Counted from the stretch's first letter, positions 6,510 to 14,054 are shown. The stretch: DNA of 15,741 nucleotides from Thermoplasmata archaeon (GCA_021823345.1 JAKAOF010000005.1:61799-77539), one strand, 5' to 3'. Program-made: numbers and translations. The notes: generated by a model not told the origin, from the letters alone.

Positions 6510-7655
6510 ATGGTGGACTGGGAACGAGTCGAACGTTTGCGCTCCAAGGGGGTCGACTGGGAGGCGATCGCGAGCGATCCGAAGGTGAACTACACGGCTC
6601 CGGAAGGGGTCGAGGATTCTGGACGCGCGCTCAAGACCCTCTTTTACACCCGCAAGTCGGGACGTTCCCGGTCCGGCAAGAAGCGTTCGGATGCCCCGAA
6701 GCCCACATTCTCAGGCCGGTTCAAGGACTTCCTGGTCCCGGGCGGGCAAGGGATCCTCGTAGTGGGTCTCGTGTGGTTCGCCATGGCCTACTACGTGTCC
6801 TACGTGGGAGTGCTGACCCCGGCGATACCGTACGTGCTCATCGTGGTCGCGGTCGGGGCGGCGTTCTTGGCCATCGGACTCGTGCTCGGTACCGCTCGCA
6901 TCGGGGACACCTGGAAGAAACCGCTGGCCCTCGGCCTCGTGGTCGGGCTCGTCGTTAGCGGCAGCATTGCGCTTGCGGGAGTGAGCCTGGGCATCCCCAA
7001 CCTCTCCCGCGTAACGCAAGGCGAACCGGGAGGTTGGGAGTCGGAGACCCCCCGGAACGCCCTATGGGAGAACAACAATCTACCGGTCGTCTTCTACATG
7101 GGCTCGATCGCATGTCCGTTCTGCTCGGCGAGCAGTTGGGCATTCCAGGCCGCGCTGCAGAACGTGGGTACTCTCGCGGGGACCCAATATGGAACGTCCA
7201 ACCCGCAGGATTCGTATCCCAACACCCCCGAGGTAGAGTTCCTATCCGTGACCTTCGAAAGCAACTACATCTCGCTGGACGTGAAGGAAGGGGATGATGC
7301 CTCGAGCCTGGCGGTGATGCCCACCCTTTCGCTGGTGGAACGGGCCTACGAGTCGACCTACGACAGCACTGGGAGCATCCCCTTCTTTGTCGTCGGCGGG
7401 ATCTACATGCACCCGAATTCGCTCATCGCCAACCCCGGCATCCTTCAGGGCATCTCTCCCCAACAGATGGCCCACATCATGAGCCAAGGGAACACCAACA
7501 CGGGGAACGACCTCAGCATCTACCAGACGATCCACGAGCAGCAGCTCTATTTTGAGGCGTACATCGTGAAGATCGACACGATCGCCGGGATCACCCCGCC
7601 GACCTTCGGGGGCGACGAGGGATCCGTGCAGAGCATCGTCTCGGCGATCTCCTGA
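6510..7655 (+). CDS. Membrane-anchored thioredoxin-fold protein with a CPFC redox motif (DUF929-like). Candidate extracytoplasmic thiol:disulfide oxidoreductase.
   Basis: It has a basic cytoplasmic N-terminus (MVDWERVERLRSKGVDWEAIASD...RKSGRSRSGKKRSDAPKP). Three TM helices follow (ILVVGLVWFAMAYYVSYVGVL, AIPYVLIVVAVGAAFLAIGLVLG, PLALGLVVGLVVSGSIALAGVSLG). The extracytoplasmic domain contains VVFYMGSIACPFCSASSWAF, a hydrophobic beta-strand followed by CxxC at a helix N-terminus, which is the thioredoxin signature. The listed ORF starts at a TTG at 6504; the first ATG is at 6510. Confidence 0.75.
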   Translation: MVDWERVERLRSKGVDWEAIASDPKVNYTAPEGVEDSGRALKTLFYTRKSGRSRSGKKRSDAPKPTFSGRFKDFLVPGGQGILVVGLVWFAMAYYVSYVGVLTPAIPYVLIVVAVGAAFLAIGLVLGTARIGDTWKKPLALGLVVGLVVSGSIALAGVSLGIPNLSRVTQGEPGGWESETPRNALWENNNLPVVFYMGSIACPFCSASSWAFQAALQNVGTLAGTQYGTSNPQDSYPNTPEVEFLSVTFESNYISLDVKEGDDASSLAVMPTLSLVERAYESTYDSTGSIPFFVVGGIYMHPNSLIANPGILQGISPQQMAHIMSQGNTNTGNDLSIYQTIHEQQLYFEAYIVKIDTIAGITPPTFGGDEGSVQSIVSAIS

Positions 7656-7665
7656 CGCCGCCCTT

Positions 7666-7679
7666 CCCCGTCCACGGGG
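7666..7679. other. Small GC hairpin (CCCCG-TCCA-CGGGG) in the 78-nt gap between two convergent genes.
   Basis: A 5-bp perfect stem with a 4-nt loop lies 11 nt after the DUF929-like stop. No adjacent T-tract, so a terminator role is uncertain. Confidence 0.2.
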
Positions 7680-7733
7680 CCCCAGCGGTGTCCTGACCGA
7701 TGGCCTTCGCCGAGGTAGATGCCGGGAGCGCAC

Positions 7734-8435
7734 CTAGTGGGAATGAGCGCCCGACGGGTGGTCGACGGTGGGCCCGACGGCGTATTCCCAGAGCTTGACC
7801 TCGACCCCGCACTGGGGGCAGATGACGTGGTGTTCCTCGGCATCGGTCACCCGGGCATTGCAGGGCTTGCCTTCGCGGGTGAGATGGGGAGGCTCGCAGT
7901 AGACCTGCACCTTTCCCGCCTCGAGGTCATCGTCGTAGGTGATCGGAACGGCGTGGTAGCGGGCCATGACCGCCTGTGCTTCGGGGGGGACCGGGTGCTT
8001 CATCTCCTGCTTCCAGAAGGCTTCGGTCATGATCCACGGCTCATGGAAGATGTAGGTGCCCTCGACGAGCCCCACGTCCGTGGAGGCCTCGAAGGAATCC
8101 CCGGCCAAGGAGATCTCGAAGAGACCATGTGCGCCGTCCTTTAGCCGAACCTGCACCGGAAGGCCATCGAGCGCCGGGAACTCCGGTTCCTCGTCCGCCG
8201 CGCCGGCGTTCCCCGAGGCCCAGACCATCTTGGGCATGACGAGGTCGATCGGCATCGGGATGAGTTTTCCCCCGATGCGCGCGTGGTACAACCGGGCGTG
8301 GATGTCGCACATGTACGGCGTGGGGTCCTTGACCGGCTCCTCCTGCACGTCCTTCGGCAGGCTGGACAAGAACGCTCGCAGCTTCTGGTCAAGGTGTTGG
8401 CACTGACTACACTCCCGCTTGGCGAATGGCTCCAT
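7734..8435 (-). CDS. Uncharacterized protein, about 233 aa, with CxxC pairs at both termini (possible split zinc ribbon). An alternative start 5 codons upstream (MGNPP, ATG at 8448-8450) is possible.
   Basis: MEPFAKRECSQCQHLDQ...YMCDIHARLYHARIGG...YCEPPHLTREGKPCNARVTDAEEHHVICPQCGVEVKLWEY...HPSGAHSH. Third codon positions are G/C-rich. The 471-aa ORF in the track (7734-9149) is this gene plus a spurious N-terminal extension that runs antisense through cobQ. Only the part up to the cobQ start is credible. Confidence 0.6.
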   Translation of the reverse strand: MEPFAKRECSQCQHLDQKLRAFLSSLPKDVQEEPVKDPTPYMCDIHARLYHARIGGKLIPMPIDLVMPKMVWASGNAGAADEEPEFPALDGLPVQVRLKDGAHGLFEISLAGDSFEASTDVGLVEGTYIFHEPWIMTEAFWKQEMKHPVPPEAQAVMARYHAVPITYDDDLEAGKVQVYCEPPHLTREGKPCNARVTDAEEHHVICPQCGVEVKLWEYAVGPTVDHPSGAHSH

Positions 8436-8454
8436 GGGTGGGTTACCCATTCCG

Positions 8455-8475
8455 CAACCCTTTTTGTGTTTCCGG
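8455..8475. promoter_or_regulatory. Shared, possibly bidirectional, AT-rich promoter element (CCTTTTTGTGTTTCC) between the divergent zinc-ribbon gene and cobQ.
   Basis: Only 40 nt (8451-8490) separate ATG 8450 (-) from ATG 8491 (+), or 55 nt to MEPF ATG 8435. The T-rich box is centred about 25 nt from the cobQ ATG and about 31 nt from ATG 8435. This suggests two leaderless transcripts from one quasi-symmetric TATA box. Confidence 0.3.
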
Positions 8476-8490
8476 TAGCTCCCGGAGACT

Positions 8491-10065
8491 ATGCCGAAGA
8501 GCGCCGGGGTGCTGGTCGCGGGCACGACCTCCGATGCGGGCAAGACGTTCGTGGCCACGGGCCTTTGCCGGGCGTTGACCCGTCGAGGGATCCCGGTCCA
8601 GCCCTTCAAGGCCGTCAACATGTCCCTCAACTCGATCCCGGCGGATGACGGCGGAGAGATCGCGGTCGCGCAGTGGTTCCAGTGCCTCTCGGCACGGGTT
8701 CCCCCGCGCACCCTGTCGAACCCGGTCCTCCTCAAATCCGAGGGACCGGGCCAGGTGGAAGTGATCGTCCGGGGGCGTTCCCGGTACCGGCTGCGGTCGT
8801 GGAGGGAGGAGATGCCGAAGGTCCTTCCCGACCTGCGGCGGACGGTGGCGGCCGCGGCCCACGAGGCGCAACGCGAGGGGAAGTTCATTGTCGCCGAAGG
8901 CGCCGGGAGCCCGGTCGAGATCAACCTCCGCCGGTTCGATCTGTCGAACTTCCATACGGCGGGGCTGCTCGACCTCAAGGTCATCCTGGTCGCCGACCTC
9001 GAACGAGGGGGCAGCATGGCGCAGGTCGTGGGGACCCTCGAGCTGCTCACCCCGCCCGAGCGGAAGCGCGTGGTCGGGATCGTGCTCAATCGCATGCGCG
9101 GGGACGGTCGACTGTTGGACTCGGCCGCGCGATTCCTGACCCGTCGCACCGGGATCCCCGTGCTCGGAGTGATCCCGTACCTGGAAGGGCTGGACTTTCC
9201 GGCCGAGGATTCCCTTTCGCTCCCCGCCGCCCGCTCCGCCGCCCGGCCCCCTTCCCCGGGTGGCCCCCGGATCGGCGTGCTGCGCTACCCGCACCTCTCC
9301 AACTTCTTGGATTTCCCCGCCTCATGGTTCGATGGCGCCACAGGCGTCCGTTGGGTCGAAACGGCCCACGAGGTCGCCGCACTGGACCTGCTCATCCTTC
9401 CCGGGTCACGAAGGACGGTGGACGACCTCGCCTGGATCCGAGAGCGGGGGATCGACCGGGCGATCGAGGAAGCGATACCGCAAGGTCTCCACCTCATCGG
9501 CGTCTGCGGAGGATATATGATCCTCGGTGACCGTCTGATCGATCCCGAGGGGTTCGAAGGACCCCGGGGAAGCTCCGAAGGGCTGGGGCTGCTGCCGATT
9601 GCGACCCGCTTCGAGGACCCCAAGGTCAGCCGCCGGGTCCGCGTGCGAGCGCTTCCCGGGCTCCCGACCCGGATGGCGGCCGAGGAACTCGAGGGGTACG
9701 AGATCCGGCGGGGGAGGACCCACCGCGCCCCCGGTTCCGAGGCGGCCTTCCAACTGATGCTGGAAGGCGTGCCCCCGGAGGAGCAGCTCGACGGGGCGAT
9801 CTCCCCCGACGGACAGATCTGGGGGACCGCGGTGCATGGGATCCTTTCCCAAGGTGCCGCGTGGGATGCGCTGCTTCATTGGCTGCATTACCGCCCGGAA
9901 CCCGGTACGACGGCGACCCCCGAGGGAACTAAGACCGCGAAGTTCTCGGTCCACGAACAACTGGAGGGGACCATCGAACGTACCGCGGACTGTCTCGAAG
10001 AGCACCTCGACATCGACCGGTTGCTCACCGCGGTCGATCCCGCCCTCCGACGCTCCACCCGCTGA
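8491..10065 (+). CDS. cobQ: Cobyric acid synthase CobQ/CbiP. It has an N-terminal CobQ/MinD-type NTPase domain and a C-terminal glutamine amidotransferase domain.
   Basis: The N-terminus MPKSAGVLVAGTTSDAGKTFVATGLCRAL...FKAVNMSLNSIPADDGGEIAVAQWFQ is the CobQ signature. The C-terminal GATase active site is LHLIGVCGGYMILGDRL (catalytic Cys), followed by TAVHGIL. Confidence 0.9.
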   Translation: MPKSAGVLVAGTTSDAGKTFVATGLCRALTRRGIPVQPFKAVNMSLNSIPADDGGEIAVAQWFQCLSARVPPRTLSNPVLLKSEGPGQVEVIVRGRSRYRLRSWREEMPKVLPDLRRTVAAAAHEAQREGKFIVAEGAGSPVEINLRRFDLSNFHTAGLLDLKVILVADLERGGSMAQVVGTLELLTPPERKRVVGIVLNRMRGDGRLLDSAARFLTRRTGIPVLGVIPYLEGLDFPAEDSLSLPAARSAARPPSPGGPRIGVLRYPHLSNFLDFPASWFDGATGVRWVETAHEVAALDLLILPGSRRTVDDLAWIRERGIDRAIEEAIPQGLHLIGVCGGYMILGDRLIDPEGFEGPRGSSEGLGLLPIATRFEDPKVSRRVRVRALPGLPTRMAAEELEGYEIRRGRTHRAPGSEAAFQLMLEGVPPEEQLDGAISPDGQIWGTAVHGILSQGAAWDALLHWLHYRPEPGTTATPEGTKTAKFSVHEQLEGTIERTADCLEEHLDIDRLLTAVDPALRRSTR

Positions 10066-10204
10066 CCACCGGTGTCGGGGCACGCTCCCGCGCCCCATGG
10101 ACCGGGCAACCCCCACGGGGACGTTCCCCCGAGCCGCCGGGGAGCAACCGGGTCGTGGGAACGATGGGTGGTGCGGAGCGGGACGGCCTACGGCAGGGGG
10201 AGGG

Positions 10205-13200
10205 TCACCCGGAGGGCGGTGGTGGCACCCACTCCTGTGCCGGAGGCGGGGACGGAGGGGGTGGTGAGGAGTGTCCTCCCTTGCGCCTTCGCACCAGGAG
10301 CACGGCGACGACAACGGCCACCACCGCTACCAACGCCAGGACCAGCAGGAGCTCGTCGAAACTAGAAGCGCCCGAGGAACTGGGGGACGGGCTGGAGCTG
10401 GTGAAGGTGATGAACAGGTTGACGGCCGCCCCGCTCACCGTCAGGGTCCCAGAAGAGGAGTTCGGCGTGTAACCGCTCACCCCCCCGAGGGAGTACCCAT
10501 AGCTCTTGTTCGCTTCTTGGAAGGTGATGGTGGTGCTCGTGGAGCTCTGCGTGCTCCCGTTCAGCGTCACGGACCAAGAAGTGCCCGAAGGCAGACCGCT
10601 CTCGCTGAACGTGACCGCGTAGAGGGGATTCGACGAGGGCTTCGAGAAGGTCACGGACTGCGCGGCGGAGGCTCCGTTCACTCGGACGGACCCGGCTGCC
10701 GGACTCGCCAGGTAGCCGCCCGATGCCCCGACCGAGAAGCTGTAACTGCCGTTGGCCTCTTGGAAAACGATCGAGGATGTCGCGGAATTCTGCGTGCTTC
10801 CGTTCATGGTGGCGGACCACAGGGTTCCCGGGGGGAGGCCGCTCTCGGTGAAGGTGACCGGAAAGAGGACACTCGTTGCGACCTTCGAGAAGGTCAGGGT
10901 CACGCCCACCGCCTTGCCGGCCACCGTCACCGATCCCGACGAGGGGCTCACCGTGTAACCGGCAGGGCCGGAGGGAGTGTAGCTGTAGGTCCCGTTCTTC
11001 TCGGTGAAGGTGAGGGTCGTCCCGGTCGAGCTCTTCGTGGACCCCGATAGCGTCACCGACCAACCGCTGCCGGTCGCCAGCCCGGTCGCGGAGAAGGCCA
11101 CCGCGTACGTCCCGGGAGCGATCGCCGTGAAGGTGGTCGTTACGGTGGGGCCAGTTCCTTTCACCGTGGTGGAGCCGGAGGAAGGATTGGAAGTGTACCC
11201 GGTCACATTTCCTATCGAGTAGGTGTACGTCCCGTTGACCTCACTGAAGCTGAGCGTATTGGAAGCCGAGGACTTCACGGACCCATTCAGGGTCACGGTC
11301 CAGGTGGTTCCGCCGGGAAGCCCCGACTCCGTGAAGGTCACGGTGTAGTGCGTCGACCCCGAGGAACTGGTGAACGTGATCGCTTGGTTCACGTTCGTCC
11401 CCGCCACCGTGATGGTGCCGGAGGAAGGGGACGAAGTGTACCCCGCCACGGTTCCCACCGTGTAGGAATACGTGCCATTGCCCTCGGCGAACGTGACCGT
11501 GGGCGTGGTGGAGTAGTGGGTCACGGTGCTGATCGTCACCGACCAGTTGGTGCCCCCGGGCAGGCCGGACTGCGTAAAGGTGACGGTGGAGGCGCCGGTC
11601 GGGCGGAACGTGATGGCCTGCGACACCGGTCCTCCGTTCACCGTCACACTCCCGGACGATGGGGTGACCGAGTAGCCCGACACCGGGCTCACCGTGAAGG
11701 AGTAGGTCCCGTTGGGCTCGACAAAGACATTCGAGGAGGAATTGGAACCCTGTAACGTTCCTCCCAAGGTGACGGACCAGGCCGTGCCTCCCGCAAGGCC
11801 CGACTCCGTGAGGGTCACGGAGTAGGTCTTCGTGACGGAGACAAGGGACCAGTCTTTGAGAAGCGCCGACGCATTCAGCGTCCCCCACCCGGTGGGATAG
11901 TCCCACCCCTTCTGGGCCGGGTAGTTCGAGTTCTTGCCCAAGGTCACGTCGAAGAACGGGTCCGGGGATAGTTTCCCGAGGGTCTGGTTATACCCTAAGG
12001 AATAGAGCGTGGGGTCGATGAAGCCGAGCTTGTGCCCCAACGCTCCGGAGAGGATGGCGAGCACCCCGGCGTCCTCGGGGCTGGCCACCGAAGTACCGGC
12101 GATCGAGACCAGGTCGGTCGCGTTGAGGTAGGCGCAAGAGGCCCCGGCGAGGCCGCACGTTTCCACCTCGATGAGCGTGTTGTTCGCCACCCCTGCGATA
12201 TCCGCGTCCCCCCGCCAGGGGGAGGGGTTCTGCGAGTTGCCGGCGAGCGCGAAGCTCTGCCAGTTGGGTTCCTTGTAGTAAGCGCTCGGCCCGCCGGTCG
12301 TTCCTCCCGAGGGGTAGCTAACTCCGTTGAGCGTGCCCGACGCGAACCACCACGCATCCTGGTGGTTAATCCCCGTCACCTTCGATCCGGCGTTGGACTG
12401 GGGGAGCGTATCGATCCCCGTGAGACATTGGAGCCCCCCGAAGATGCAGGCGGTGGTGAGCGACTGGGTCGCCGGGGACCCGGTGACGTTGAGCGTCACG
12501 CCGCCGACGCTCACCATCCCGTAGGTATTGTTCCCGATGTCGGCGGGCCAGTTCACGGAGTTGTTCCCGGAATCGCCCGAGGAGACGAGGACGGTGATCC
12601 CCGTAGCGAGCGCCTGGATCAGGGTGTTCCTCCATGCGGCATCGAAGACGTACCCGCCGCCGGCGGCGTTGTTCTGGTACTCCGGGGCCCCCCAGGAGTT
12701 AGAGATGACCGTGACGTTGTTCAGCGAGGCGAGCTTGCCGGGATTGGTGACCGCCGTGGTGAAGGCATCGTCGATCTGGGCGATCGTGGGCCCCTGCGGA
12801 CCGCTCGACGAGGGATCGCAGGTGGTGTAGACCTCGGTAATGTTCGCGCCGGGGGCCATCGACCCCGCCATCTCGACGTCGAGCGTGCTCTCCACGTAGG
12901 CCTGAGTGGCATCGTAGTCGGCGCCGCTGCCCGGGGCGACCGCTCCGTCGACCGGAACGCCCGCCACGTTGGGCTGCGGCTCCCAAGAGGGAATGTAGCT
13001 CTTCCAATAGGCGGTGACCGTGGCGGGGTCGAAGGGTCCGCTCTGGCCGGCCCAGGTGGAGCAGGTCCCGTTGACCGCGTAGGCCGAGCATCGCTGCCCG
13101 TCCCACAGTACGGTCGCGACCGTCTCGCCCTTCCCGAACACATGGGTCGCCGTGGAGTTGTAGACCGCCGGAAGTCCGTTCGGGACCTGAAGGTCAGGGG

Positions 13201-13849
13201 CGAAGAATTGCTGCTGGACTCCCTGCTGGTAGGTGTTCTGTCCCCAGGCCCAGTAGGGCTGCAGCTTCACCAAGTTCGAAAGGCCGCTCACCCCGGAGAT
13301 GTCCCCCGTCAGGGCCGATGGAACGGAGGGTGCCTGGGATAGCGCGAAGACCGTCCGTCCGTCGAGGAGACGGTAACTGTTGATCTCCGTGTGGAACGCG
13401 GATCCCACAAGGGGGGCAGGTCCGCTCGCGTCGATCACGAGTCCGCCCGGATAGACCTCGGTCACGGTAAGCGAGGCGCCGTGCAGGTACTGGAGGACCG
13501 CGGACTGGACGGACGGGGCCGATCCGAATCGCTGGTCGAACTGGGAGAGCGAGAGGAAGTGGTCGAACTGGGAAGAATGCGGAGTGGATACCTCCTGGAG
13601 GAATCGGGAGAGCCCGGCCGGATCGCTCGGTGGGAGCGCCACCGCCACCTCCACCGTCCCGTTGAACGGTTCCAAGAGATGAGCACTGGCGGGGGCCACG
13701 TCGATGCTCTGAAGGGCCACCCAAGAACTCGGGACCGATGTGGCGTGGTTGGCCACTACCCCCCCCCACGGCAGGGCGAACGAGGACGAGGGCACGATCA
13801 GCAGGCAGAGGGTGACGAGGCCCATGAGGACCGTGTGGAGGTAGCGCAT
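10205..13849 (-). CDS. Secreted S53 (sedolisin-family) serine-carboxyl peptidase, about 1214 aa. It has a signal peptide, a pro-kumamolisin-type activation domain, a catalytic domain, six tandem ~79-aa thermopsin-type beta-repeats, a Ser/Pro stalk, a C-terminal TM anchor, and a basic polyproline tail.
   Basis: The true start is ATG at 13847-13849 (MRYLHTVLMGLVTLCLLIVPSSSFALP is a signal peptide). The track's 1274-aa ORF adds 60 unlikely residues. The prodomain is LEPFNGTVEVAVALPPSDPAGLSRFLQEVSTPHSSQFDHFLSLSQFDQRFG. The catalytic Glu/Asp motif is YVESTLDVEMAGSMAPGA and the catalytic Ser motif is SIAGTSVASPEDAGVLAIL (SGTS-type). There are many N-x-S/T sequons. Repeats look like YxVTFTESGLPxGTxWSVTLNGS...NGTYSYxxGxVxGYTxSPSSGSxTVxG...ITFT. 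The C-terminus is SSSPSPSSSGASSFDELLLVLALVAVVAVVVAVLLVRRRKGGHSSPPPPSPPPAQEWVPPPPSG. Confidence 0.85.
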   Translation of the reverse strand: MRYLHTVLMGLVTLCLLIVPSSSFALPWGGVVANHATSVPSSWVALQSIDVAPASAHLLEPFNGTVEVAVALPPSDPAGLSRFLQEVSTPHSSQFDHFLSLSQFDQRFGSAPSVQSAVLQYLHGASLTVTEVYPGGLVIDASGPAPLVGSAFHTEINSYRLLDGRTVFALSQAPSVPSALTGDISGVSGLSNLVKLQPYWAWGQNTYQQGVQQQFFAPDLQVPNGLPAVYNSTATHVFGKGETVATVLWDGQRCSAYAVNGTCSTWAGQSGPFDPATVTAYWKSYIPSWEPQPNVAGVPVDGAVAPGSGADYDATQAYVESTLDVEMAGSMAPGANITEVYTTCDPSSSGPQGPTIAQIDDAFTTAVTNPGKLASLNNVTVISNSWGAPEYQNNAAGGGYVFDAAWRNTLIQALATGITVLVSSGDSGNNSVNWPADIGNNTYGMVSVGGVTLNVTGSPATQSLTTACIFGGLQCLTGIDTLPQSNAGSKVTGINHQDAWWFASGTLNGVSYPSGGTTGGPSAYYKEPNWQSFALAGNSQNPSPWRGDADIAGVANNTLIEVETCGLAGASCAYLNATDLVSIAGTSVASPEDAGVLAILSGALGHKLGFIDPTLYSLGYNQTLGKLSPDPFFDVTLGKNSNYPAQKGWDYPTGWGTLNASALLKDWSLVSVTKTYSVTLTESGLAGGTAWSVTLGGTLQGSNSSSNVFVEPNGTYSFTVSPVSGYSVTPSSGSVTVNGGPVSQAITFRPTGASTVTFTQSGLPGGTNWSVTISTVTHYSTTPTVTFAEGNGTYSYTVGTVAGYTSSPSSGTITVAGTNVNQAITFTSSSGSTHYTVTFTESGLPGGTTWTVTLNGSVKSSASNTLSFSEVNGTYTYSIGNVTGYTSNPSSGSTTVKGTGPTVTTTFTAIAPGTYAVAFSATGLATGSGWSVTLSGSTKSSTGTTLTFTEKNGTYSYTPSGPAGYTVSPSSGSVTVAGKAVGVTLTFSKVATSVLFPVTFTESGLPPGTLWSATMNGSTQNSATSSIVFQEANGSYSFSVGASGGYLASPAAGSVRVNGASAAQSVTFSKPSSNPLYAVTFSESGLPSGTSWSVTLNGSTQSSTSTTITFQEANKSYGYSLGGVSGYTPNSSSGTLTVSGAAVNLFITFTSSSPSPSSSGASSFDELLLVLALVAVVAVVVAVLLVRRRKGGHSSPPPPSPPPAQEWVPPPPSG
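10400..11824 (-). repeat. Array of six diverged tandem coding repeats (about 237-243 nt each) inside the S53 protease gene, encoding thermopsin-type beta-sandwich modules.
   Basis: Protein-level repeats sit at roughly aa 676-750, 755-829, 835-909, 915-989, 996-1070 and 1077-1150. The DNA copies are only moderately similar; shared stretches include TCTTGGAA..CTGCGTGCT.CCGTTCA and GACCGCTCTCG.TGAA.GTGACC. The many plus-strand ORFs listed over 10271-11906 are antisense artefacts of this array. Confidence 0.75.
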
Positions 13850-13873
13850 GGCGGGGGAAACTGCGGCATCGTT

Positions 13874-13888
13874 CTTAAGTCTTGCACG
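13874..13888 (-). promoter_or_regulatory. AT-rich TATA-like element (AGACTTAAGAACG on the minus strand), centred about 28 nt upstream of the protease ATG at 13849.
   Basis: It is an AT-rich island in the 228-nt divergent intergenic region. There is no Shine-Dalgarno sequence, which fits a leaderless start. Confidence 0.25.
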
Positions 13889-14042
13889 GCGGCCGTGCAG
13901 GACCGGGAAATCCTCGCATACGCGTGGGTAAACAGTCGCCAGAAGGTCCCATGGGCCCTCCCCTGTCCGCCCCGTTGTTCGCCGGGCGGGTCTCCGGCGA
14001 GCCGATGGTTCAAGTGTTTTCAGTCGCACTCTCGAGCTAGGA

Positions 14043-14054
14043 AACCATTAAACC
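14043..14054 (+). promoter_or_regulatory. AT-rich TATA-like element (AACCATTAAACC), centred about 28 nt upstream of the cysS GTG start at 14078.
   Basis: It is the only AT-rich box upstream of the cysS N-terminus. The two nearby ATGs (14064 and 14068) are both out of frame. Confidence 0.3.

Noticed and set aside
6302-6547. 81-aa minus-strand ORF in the flotillin/DUF929 intergenic region
   Set aside because: It overlaps the DUF929-like start and the predicted promoter boxes. It has no recognisable features and contains unusually AT-rich stretches that fit intergenic DNA better.
8456-9149. N-terminal ~240 codons of the 471-aa minus ORF 7734-9149. Also 8443-9294 (-), 8673-9530 (+) and 9406-10314 (-).
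   Set aside because: They run antisense or out of frame through cobQ and are R/S/P-rich. Only the C-terminal part of 7734-9149, from MGNPP/MEPF onward, has protein-like composition and its own promoter context.
12032-13342. 436-aa plus-strand ORF and other ORFs (10271-11050, 10362-11063, 11241-11906) over the protease gene
   Set aside because: They are antisense or off-frame to the S53 protease and its repeat array, with G/R/D/H-rich translations.
13998-14030. tRNA-like T-loop string GGTTCAAGTG near 14007
   Set aside because: The flanks do not form a T-stem, acceptor stem or D/anticodon arms, so no cloverleaf can be built.
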